Of a stretch of DNA of 64,000 bases, positions 51,058 through 62,700 are shown piece after piece; within the stretch, counting starts at the first letter, position 1, and each line of letters begins with the position of its first letter. A program made the translations under genes and the position numbers. The notes under the pieces are model-generated. The model searched no databases, was not told the origin of the DNA, and worked only from the letters and a program-made list of their open reading frames with translations. Origin of the DNA: Phoronis australis. Its lineage: Eukaryota > Animalia > Phoronida. The stretch is from positions 343,311 through 407,310 of the forward strand of contig NMRA01000347.1 in assembly GCA_002633005.1 (NCBI GenBank), written 5' to 3'.

Positions 51058-52789
51058 ACCACGGTTTAACCCTGACGCCTCAAAATTTTTTGGGGGCACG
51101 CCCCCCCCCCCGCCCTCCTCCCCCACCGCTCAATCCGACCCTGTGACATTGTTGAAACCTAAATCTATGTTTTGATGGTTTAACCTGCGTAAAGGTTTAT
51201 GTCCTGAATTTATCCAATCAATCCGCTAAGTTACCACGGCTAATCCTACATAGTCGATCCGCGGGTACAAGCCTAGACTCCCGCCTTCCAGTAATTTTCA
51301 CGTACAGACCCGCCTACTGGGCCATAAGCCCATCCCAAATAATCTCGTGGGCTTATACCCGAGTAGCTGATCTTTACCTTGCTTTCACGCCACGTCAAAT
51401 CCCCTCTTCTCTTTGTAGGTGAGGGGCTGGTCATCAGCCTAAAAAGACCCCCAACACAGCGTGTTCATCGAAAGCGCGCCTAAACAATAAGGGACCAAGT
51501 TTTCAGCGTAAGTGGCTGTACTGAATATAGTCGTTACTCGAGTTTGTTGCCACTTTAAGACTATACCAAAGATACTGTATAACTACAATAACTTTGACTA
51601 TACTTCACACGATTGCTGTTCCCTTTCCACCGACCGTAAACGCCAAAGCACACTGATCGACAGAGAGACAATCAGGTAATTATGTGCAAGAACCGCGGCA
51701 GTACGACATTTGATTTTCACCCGACAGGATGAGCCCGTACACGTAACACTTCACCCAAACTTAAAACAGCCAACACCAGCGTGCACGCCTAAACACCTCC
51801 AGGGCCGCATTCCCTAGATCCAAGACAGGTGGTTTGTGTGAAATGCATGACAATATCTCGTGGACTTGCGTGATCTTGCTCTACCGAACGCAGTCCAGTT
51901 AGCTGTCCAGCATCCAGAAAAATCTAGCCAAAACAACCTGTTCTCATTCAAAATACAGGATAATATCTCGCATAATCTCGCATAGCGAGGTTCTAACGTT
52001 TTTGAACTCTACCCAGGCTTGTTGTGGGCTTGACCTTTCATGTATACCTTACATGAATTCCAGGGTGGTTGTGAGCTTGACCCTATAACCTCACATGACC
52101 TCAGCAGTGGTTGTAGGTTGTAATTCATGAATAACCATAGGCTGCTTGACCAATCATAACACAGTATTCTTGGCTACGTAATCCATTATTGTCCAATCCA
52201 AGAGCATTTCAGATAACTACACAATACTCACATCACACACCCATACTCACAATAATGTACAACAACACAGTCACACAACTGAACCTTAACAGATTTTTCC
52301 TATACCAGTTGCTATGCAACATACAGACAGACCTCTGTCTATCCACTCCCGTTTTAGTGTAAGACAAGGTAATAAGATTTTCAAGCTCAGAGAACACATG
52401 TCTATACAAAGTTGGATACGACAATTGTTCAACGAAACAGGCAATAAACTTGGAGTGATTACACAGAGCTTACAGATGCTGGGCTCCAGTTTGGTGAATA
52501 GACTGGATAACATTCAAATTAAACTACATTTTTGTATGTTATACATTGACAGGAGTCATGACATTTGATCCGGCTACAAACCCAGCACTCTTTAGGCGCA
52601 CTCATCTTATATCAGAATTTTCCTGGGACCTCGACTGAAAATTTCCACGATTATTGTTCGACAACGCAATGACACATGGCTTTGGGAATCTTTGTACTGG
52701 GATCAACGATCGAGATTCGTTTCCATGCATAAAATTCAGTTTAATTCGAATTTTAGCCAAAGTGCTCAACCTCTGCACAGCATTTGTAT

Positions 52790-52884
52790 GAAGCTGAAAC
52801 CCTCAGATACGAGAAGCTGCAGCCCTCCGATACGAGAAGCTGCAGCCCTCCGATACGAGAAGCTGCAGCCCTCCGATACAAGAA
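52790..52884. repeat. 23-bp minisatellite (GATACGAGAAGCTGCAGCCCTCC), about 4 units
   Basis: Units start at 52806, 52829, 52852 and 52875. Confidence 0.9.
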
Positions 52885-53774
52885 CGATATAAAATCACTA
52901 AAAATATGACCACATCAATAGTTTCAAGCCTGATTAATAATCTCTCGGACTTTGGAGGTCTTTCTTTCCTATCAGCTAAACAAGACAAACACTCCGAGAG
53001 TTATAAACAAGACGATGACTATCTTTGCCAATAATAAATAGTTGAAAAAGACATGCAATAGGAATGTAGTGGTTACACACTCAAGCGGAGGCTCTTTGAG
53101 TTGAACTATAACTAATATTGACCAACAGGTCTGTATATGCATGAGAAGGCAACCATAACGCCAGTCACTCGCGACAAGAAATTAAATGGTTAACCAAACA
53201 TAAACTGCTTCCCAATCTCTGTCCATGGCGGACATGATGCTATGGTATTGATTCCATGAGCTTAGTCATACAACAGCTACCTTCCTCTAGGCCTTCTCTT
53301 ACAAAACTTAGAAGAAGTTATCATTACACAAAGCACTGCAGACATCAGATCTTGCTTTAAGTTCCTTAATTACACATTACACTGTGTTGCTATTGACAAC
53401 AGTGCAAGCCGCAATACCAACAGGTATACATTATGTATTAATCTCAACCAGAGATTCTACCAACATCCAGGAAATGTACATGTAGTCGCATTCTCCCAGT
53501 TTTCAGGAAAGCAATTGAGCTAGACCACTGCACCTCACACTACACAAGCTTTACTTCAAAAATCCTTGTTTGGCTGTAGACTATGATTAGTGTTATAAGA
53601 TTCAATAGAGTTCAGTGACTGTATGTATTAAGTAGTATTCTGCATTGACATTGCTTAAACACACCAGCACCATCTGCTGTTCGTATTTCACCTCTTTTTG
53701 ATTGTAAATCTGAGCGAAGCCTGCTTTGCATCATGGCCCAGTCGAGGCATCAATGATGCTGCGCTGATCGACTA

Positions 53775-53789
53775 TTAACTTGAGTGTTC
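53775..53789 (-). CDS. PNPLA6: Candidate terminal coding exon of the NTE gene (EHSS*)
   Basis: TTTCATTGCAG acceptor at 53790; phase 0 gives GAA CAC TCA AGT TAA. No homology support. Confidence 0.35.
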   Translation of the reverse strand, partial: EHSS

Positions 53790-56700
53790 CTGCAATGAAA
53801 TGACTGTAAGCTTAGGTGTTGAACTTCGTCAATACTCATTTTAAAACAAAGTAGAAAAGAATTTGGTCTACAAAATAACTTGTCAGCAAAATGTCTTATA
53901 AGATTTTTTTAAAACCACTTTGCAATTCTTCATAACTTTGAAAGTTCCCCGTTTCTAAAAGTTCAGGAACAACTAGATGGTTGACATCAGAACAACCTCA
54001 ACAACTATTCATACAACAAGGGCTCTTACCCATACGAGGGACCAGACGTAAACAGCAAGACTCTCAACCGAATAACAAGGACCCTAACACAAACAAGAAA
54101 AGCATTAACCCAAATGAAGACAATACTGCAGGGTCCCAACCCAACAATGAGGTCCCTAAAACAACAGAGCCCATAACCCAAACTGAGAATGTCTAACCCA
54201 AAGGAGGTTCCTCAACCAACAATGAGGGCCTAGCCAAAAAAACGAAGACCCTCACTCCAAAACTGTCCGATAATTAAGATTTGTGTACTAGACAAGAGCC
54301 ACGCAGAGTATTGAAATGCGCCCACGACTGCACCGCAAATGGTGTGCCTCTAGGGTTGCTTATTTATATCATAAAAATGGCCATTAGATGGCTCAGAATA
54401 CCATCCAAAAATGGGAAGGTGTCGTCCTCTCTCAAAATTATTCACCAAATTTTATAAAAATCCATCAAAGAACTCCAAAACACAAAACCAAATGTAAAAA
54501 GAAAACAAACTGCTATTAGGAACCACAGCAGTAGACGAATCCATGCATCTGCTGTCTAGTTAATAGGAATACAAGGCTTGCGCAAAATATTTCAAAAACA
54601 TCTTGCCAACATTTAGGAGATACAGCTGTAGATGCGAACTAGGGGACAACACAGAAGTTGGGACCTGTTAGGAAATCCACGTCAGTCATGCTGTTGCCCG
54701 AAGGAACACAGCTGCCAATTTACATAATGATCCTCAACGCAATTTGGAAGGAGCAGAAGCAAACAAAAATAATTCAAATGGCCATTAATTGGTGCGGAAT
54801 TCGTCGAATCCATCACAAAAAGGAAAGCTGCTGTGTTCTTGGTAATAGAAATTTATCTGCCCAATTTCATGAAAAAGAATCCAGGAACTCTGATGTTACA
54901 GAGGGCATAGCTGTATTTAGATTGGTCTGAAACTGGCCGTCATCTGTTGCCATCTCCACAAGAATACATCTGCTATATTTCAGAAAGATTTTGTAAAGGG
55001 TATAAAAGGAGAGACAGCCACGGAAGCAAAAAATAAAGTTGCCACTAAAGGGGTACAAGAGTAGTTGAACATGTCCGACGATCAACGTCAGCCTCGGTCT
55101 TCTCATCAGGAACACATCTCCAAATTTTCATAATGATCCTTCAAGCAGTTTGATAGTTGGAGAGGGCGACATCAAAAATGTACTTAAACATTGATTAAAA
55201 TGGCTACTGAGATACGCACAATACGTCAAATTCCCTCGAAAATGAAAAGATGTCGTTGTCTCCTTAACAGAAACCTAGTATTCCAAAAATAATAATAAAA
55301 CAGCTGCTTTACGTCCAATCTATCTGAAAAGGGAAATGTGTCGGCTCTTTAATGGAAACCTATAATATAATATGCAATTTCATAAAAATTAGCCAATGAG
55401 CTTCAAAGATATCGAGGACAATGGAAAAAAAAATTGGCACACTGGTAGTTGCACCATCCAAAAGTCATCGGCGTTCGCTGTCAACTTCACATAAATACAC
55501 TTGCCAAATTTAATAAAGATCCTGCAGAGGGTTTGGTAGATACAACCATGAGCAAAAAAAACTGCCACAGAAGAGGTGCCACAGTAGTCAAAATCCTCAC
55601 TCCTCACAGTAAGAATATATTATACGGCAATCATGGTTTCGGTGCTAGAGGGGATAAGACTTGAAAACAGTGAAAAAATACCTCAAATCAATCTGAAAAT
55701 GGGAGGATAGCAACATCTCATTAATAGATGCCTATCTGACAAATTGCATGAAAATACCTTGAGGATCTTTGAAGATACAGACTGAGGTAAACGTAAAAAT
55801 ACTAAAATTGTCACTAGGGGGCACCAGTAATCAGATCTGTCCCAAAGTTGGCTCATGCCGTCCCATCCACAAAAGGAACACGTGTGCAAAATTTCATGAA
55901 CATACATAGAAGGGTTTTGGAGTCAGAGCAGCGGATGCCGGACGGACGCCGGACGGACGGGTGGACAAACAGACAGGAATGACAGCATAATGTGCCCACA
56001 TATAAATATAAAAATTACTTAATAGTAATAGTCATCTGCATTCATAAACAAGTTTCTGACCTCATCAAGTGGTGGCAGGCTATCATCACTTTCATACTCA
56101 TCATCACCATCATCGTCAGAATACCCAGGCTTCTGTATAGTGCAGACTAACTCTGCCAGATCTGTGAACGAGCAGTTGGCAGGCATCAGCTGAAACAGAC
56201 AGACAGTTAGGCTAATGACAATAATATGACCTCAGTGTCTATGTAGTTACTGCTTCATTTATGTCAAGCTAATCGAAAAGAATTGGGTATTTAGTTGAAA
56301 CTTTCGAATTTCGACAATGCCTAATTTATTTTAAAAATTTCTGTTCATTGCCTTGTCATCATTTGTCGACAACTACACAAAGGGTTAATTATCTAATTCT
56401 ATGACCAAAATCAGGAGTAACCAGATTTCATCTGGCCTCAGTAGCCAAGTTTTATGACCCGTAAAAAATCTCAAGAGTTTTTTACGACTTCATGTTTCGA
56501 TTCATGGCCAAAAATGAGACAGAATAGCCCTGTCTTGCTTCTGAATCAGTATCAAAAGTTTATGTCCACTCATGAGCTAAAAACGCTTTGACGAGCTTCT
56601 GTATTCCACTTTTACGACATGTCAATACAGAACAGACAATAGACTGGGACCCACCACCACCCCGTTCTACCTGCTGCTGCTGTTCAAACTTCTTGACTCC

Positions 56701-59700
56701 CCTCTTGTCTTGTTTCTCCTGTAGAAGCTCCTTTACACGCTCCTCCTTGTGATATGTGGAGAAGTAGGCCTTCGCGTGGTGTAGACCCACATCCTGTGGA
56801 ACAGCACGGTACAATGAGAACACGTGATACAATGGGATGCTGAGGTTTCTTTTGCGTCATTGGTGGCAACAAGTCCCACTTCCATAACTGCTCAAATCCA
56901 ACCATATTCGACGACTGTCTATGCAAAGCTTCATGAGAGACTAGTCTGCTTGTTATGTTTTGTTTGTGTAACTAAATTAGATCGCGAAAATGAGTTTCAC
57001 AAAATTGACTTATGACTGGAACGTTCAACTTGGTGTTAGCTTCCCACTTCACAACAGCGGAAAAACACAGTCTACAAATAATTTACATATTGTTTCAGTA
57101 ATTTGCATAATATGTCCGCCCCAGATTACAAGGTGACAGAACTCTCCTTTGTCTCAAAGATAAGAAAATATGTGATCTATTTTATGAAATAAGACACATT
57201 TTTGTGTCTCTCATTGATGTAGAGAAGGCGAAGAATTTAAGATCACGCATCCGCGGGTATTTATCCACTTTATCAAACTTATTCACGTCGGAGTTGCCAC
57301 CCACAGCACAGCTGCAGCAATAATTTGTTGGCACTGGAAGGCCGAATAGAGTAATGTAACTGAGAAAAACTTGTAAAGAATCAGACAACAACAAATAACA
57401 TGTGAAACTCCAGTGGCATGCAAACGAGGCAGCAAATGTGCTTGACCGATGTTTATGGCATTGTGGGTAAAATACAGTGAGTTTCGAGTGTCGCTCTGTA
57501 ATCCGGGATGGCCCTGCTGATGAGTATATTCTTAGACACTTTGAATTTTTGTAAAGTGGCCCCTATTGAAAGCGTCTGCAGTTTAATCTTGACATCAAAA
57601 CAAAAACTGACATGAAACTAGTCGACGATACATCAATCTTCACAAATGATAAATGACCTCAACCAATAAGATTACACCGCACGTCACTTGCATAAATGTC
57701 CTCAACCAAAAAGATTATGCCACATGTCACTTACACACTAAATGTTCTCAGAGACAACCAATAAGATGATGCAACTCGTCGCGTACATAAATGTACTCAA
57801 CCAACATGAGTTTGCCCAATGTCACTTACATAAATGTCGTCAAACAGATTAAACTGTAGTGTGCCGAACTTGTCAATGGGTGGTCGGATGTACTCGCACA
57901 TCTCATTCTTCTGAATGGCCTCCATCAGGCGAACACATGACACATAGGCAAGTCGTGATTGGATCTCGTTCATGTCAGGCACCTAGGTGACAGCAAACAC
58001 AGCCAATCAGTATCATTATAACATAAAACACCAAGAAAATGTATCTAAGTGGAGTTTAGATTATGAAGGAACAACTATATTTAGTCTACAGATCCTTTTA
58101 ATTCACGCAATAAGAATTAAATTTTAGAAGACACCAGCTTTACAGCTGTGAAGAATATTTTAAAAGCAATCAATGTCATTTTGCAAGGGAACATATAATT
58201 TAGTGCATTCTCCAGCATACTCTCAAAACACTTGTCACTCGTGCGATTTTGTGTGGTCTTAAATTAACTTGTTTTTCACGATTTCTTGAGTCTTAGGAAC
58301 GCATCGCTGCCACATGGTTGGATGTCTAATCATTCTCTACACACACACAAACACTCACCTTCACCGGTGACGCCCATGGATTCCAGCGTTTCCATAGCAA
58401 CCACCAGCCTGACAACTCATCACCGTAGTTGGTCAGATTAATCTCATCTTGACTTCCAACGTCGACGGCAAACACTGTCTGAGCACCGTGTGCCCGCATG
58501 ACGTCCGCTGTAGAAACAATTGGGTCAAAGTCATAGCATATTAAGTAAAAAGAGCATTCAACACGTTTGAAGTTGCAAAAAGCCACACGCTAAGTCATGG
58601 AACTACATAGCTTTTCACGGGTTTTGAACAATTAAGGCGATATTTTACCAACTCTCACAAGAACAACACAGAGTGTTAAAATGCACCTACAACTGCACTG
58701 CAAACAGAATGCTTCAAGGAGCATCAAAAATCACCACTACGTGGTGCAGAATGTGTTTAACGTGTCCTGGTCGTGTCCCTAATAGACCAAATTTTATGAA
58801 AACATGACCAGGAACTCCGAAGCAAATGTAAAAATAGAATTGCCACCCCTCATCATCTGTCATCGCCATAGAAACACATTTGCCAAATCTCTTCAAGGGT
58901 TCAAGAGATACAGCACTGGGTTCCAGAAGCCTGAATGCTCATACAGAGATGACAGCAATATGCATCTACATACGGGTATATAAAAATTACAAAAAACAGT
59001 TTTCAATAATCATTATGGTTATAAATCACTATCTCTTGCATTTCAAATAAAAAACTGAGAAAGAATATTTCTTTACATGACCTTGCAATTTGTATGCGAT
59101 GGCAAGGTCAGATCAAAGTGAAATTTAATCACTGACAATGCTTTCCACAAAAAGTACTTTTGAGTTCTGGTATTGGTCTTGATGACACTCTTACCTACAG
59201 ATGACTAATTCTTCACCTCAGCTTAATTACAGATAATTTTGGAATGGAAAAGACCTATTTTTTGTGCTATCTAATCTGCCTGAACTTATTAGAAAATACA
59301 TATAGTAATACACGATTTCACACAAACCCAAAAAAGACACAAAACACTGTTGGAAGTTGCCATCACAGAGCTATGCTTGGGCTCCTATTCACATTAAAAG
59401 AATGACGGACAAAGCAAAAAATGGAAATATACAAAAAGAAAGAAAAACGAAGAAAAACCGTGTTTTGCCGGTTTATTATCAAAGCTAATGGTAATTGTCA
59501 AATCACAATCGCTTTGGAAACTAAAACTAATAAAAATAAAAAATAAAACCTGATGATTAGACAGTTGAATAAGCAATGAAACCAAGATGTTACAATCTAC
59601 AGTCACCCTGACTAATCACACTTTTCTGAGACATTATCATGTACAGATCTGATAGAGCGCCTCTACTTTGTCCATTACATATGATCATGTGACCTAATCA

Positions 59701-62700
59701 GTGACTTCAACAGCTCTTGACAGGCCAACATTGTAATTAAAGACTGCCCCAAAAATTGTGGGCCAACAACAGCTGAGGACATTAAAGTTTCTTTTTCTAA
59801 GTTTCCATTTAAGAGATTTCCATACAGATTGGTCTTGATCTATATGCGAGATCACATGTTATAATTTCGATTTTCATCCTTATGGATTTAGAAAAGTACT
59901 TCACCACCACGCGATATCTGGGAAGACATGAGAGCCCAGCTCGAACAAAATGTCAATGGGACAGAACAATTCATCCAAGAATTAAGATTGAGTAATTAGT
60001 CTCAGATAGACAGCAAAGTGCAGCCATTGGAGAACTCAAAAGTGTCACACATGATGTGTTCACAGACATGGCAGTACTGTTTGTTTATTTGTTCGTTTGT
60101 TTGTTTACAATGTACCTGGCAGGTTGTTTACGTAACCGCCGTCAAGGAGGAGATGTCCGTCTACGGGGTCACAGAGGGGGGGCATGTAGCCAGCCAGTGA
60201 CATGCTTGAACGGGCGTAACGCCACAATGAACCTAGAAAAACCAACACAAGGCAACAGTGCAACAGGGGGCGCTCAATGAAAACACAGACAGGAAACGGC
60301 TGGTACCACTATGTGAATGTGGAACTATGGAAAGTACCAATTACTTGACAGTTGTTCATCAACTGTTACGAAAAATAACTTTCAGAAATGTTTATAGAAA
60401 CCTTTCAGTGCTTTAGAAATGAAATGGCGACACATGTTTGGTACCATGTTGAAATGGCATCAGAATCTAAAAAAACTCAGTAATCTACACAGTCCCAAAG
60501 TCCTCACTGTCATTGGTGATCAGCCGTTTGCCCTTTGGTCAGTGCTGCGCCACCTGTTGGTAGCGTGCAACACTAAGGTTCAGCTAACCTGGCACAATGT
60601 TAACGTAAGCGCCATCTACCAGGTAATGGCCATCTATCGGGTCGCAGATCGGCGGCAGAACTACCACGATGGTCATGCTGGCGCGAACGTACCTCCACAG
60701 GGAACCTTGAGAAGACAGAGACAGTGTGATGGGCGCAAGAGGGCGCCACTAGACATACTGTAGGACTTCTGTCAGTCAGCAGGGATTAATGTGTAGTTTT
60801 TGATTATCAGAGATAGGTCAGACTTGGAAGCAGTAAACAACAGATAAATGAGACAAGAGGTTGGGAGTGTCACCATTAACTTGATTGTGAAGCAATTAGA
60901 TTGTACTGACACAATATCTCTTAATGGTTCTGGTTTTAGACTAAATTAATGCGAGAAAACAAATAACAAATATTAAATGCTAAGGCGAACGATGTGCAGA
61001 GTACATTGTCATTTAAGAAACAAAATGTCTGGACTCTATTGGACACTAGGTGGCGTGGTGATCAGTCTGATCAACAGCCTGATCACCATGTCATCTAACT
61101 TTGATGCGCACCAAATTTAATTTTTTTTTTGTTAAAGTTCTGCTATAAGAAAACAAATCACAGAATCATTAGCAGTTGTTGGTGTTCTTGTTAAAACTAA
61201 CATTCTTCAGATTGCTCAAACAATTTACAGCATAGCCAGAAAAACTCTCCAGAAGTTTTAGAGGTGTTAAAAGGCAGACAGACATTACCATTTCAATTAC
61301 CAGGAAGTAAAGTTCATGGTTAAACAACATGCATGTTTAGTAAGAATCCCTGAAGCACTTCAAACAAGACCTAGAGTTAGGGTAAAGAAACCATCCAGAA
61401 GCCGGAATCATAAATACTCTCACAACCGTGACGAATACAACTACACACAGGTTTGACTCTCCAAGCACTACTGCACATCAAATCCTGTGATGGGCCACCG
61501 AGAAAAAAACACTGAACGATAGGTAATTTATTTCCAAATACCAAACAAAAATCACAGTTTATCGTAATTATGACTCCCGCCACCGAGTGAAGTGAATGAA
61601 AGAATAGAAAACAGGGATTTAAGGTTTAATAAATTAATTAATTAGTCAAACGAGCATTAAGATTCATTGGTATACATTTCTTAACACTTACGGTAAAAAT
61701 TCTTCAATTTGGAACAAAAATGATAAATCTTGCTGAAACAGTCGAATTTCTATTTTTCAGAGGCTTGTCACATTGTTGCAAATGATCAAAATTTATTCAA
61801 ATTTGTTTGGTAATAACTGCGCTAGACAAACCATACTAAAGGCAAAGTAAATTTTCCTGTTGAAGAAATTGACAAAATGTCCAAAACTGAAGAATTTTTA
61901 TCGTACTATAGACTCTTGAAAATAATTTCAAATTATTTAAACGTTTTCTTAAATATTAAATTTATCGATTAACACTCATTTCTAATTGAATTTAAAATAG
62001 AAATTAAATCTGTATTACTTTCAGACAAGTCCGTGGTAATATCTCACAAATTCTGCAGAACTGGAGAAATTGCAAATTCAACTCATGTGGCTGAAAAAAC
62101 AACTACAGTTCACCTGAACAGTGTACTTAACACTCTTTAATTTCCTGGAAACTTCACTCCATTAGCAAACTGCTTTTTTTGAACACAACACTGGTAAGCA
62201 CTGGGAGATCTAATTTCAAAGTTCCTCAAAAACTCGAATCCCACTACGGCCAAGTTCTTGACGGAAACTCACCACTTGTGTGAACTCTCATTTTAGAACT
62301 GGTGATATCAGTGGATATGGCAAAGTATGGAATCCATAGGTCCTCAATCTGAATGTCACCGATCACTCCATGAATGATTCGGTTGAAGAATGCCCCTGAA
62401 AAGTAGAGCAACTACAAGTGAAAAGATATAAAATGTAACAATAAAACATTTTATACCACAATATTAGCGTCAAATGGCAGATACAACCGTGTAATAACCC
62501 ATAAAGTTATCTCACTAGTGAGATAACGATTTGGCGGGAAACCGAGGACGGAGTCGAACCCGGGACCTTGAGTTTGATGGTCGCCGACCTTAACCACTAC
62601 ACCACGCAGCGGCTGACGTCATCAAGAGTGAAAATAGAATACTTAAATGAGCACGCGCAATAATCGCACGTTCAACAAACCGCATTGTACTGTACTTANT

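Noticed and set aside
52790-52884. 23-bp repeats as a CRISPR-like array
   Set aside because: No spacers; a simple tandem repeat.
53981-54270. N/Q/P-rich 71-aa ORF
   Set aside because: A degenerate AACCAACAATGAGG-type low-complexity tandem array antisense in an NTE intron, with no ATG start.
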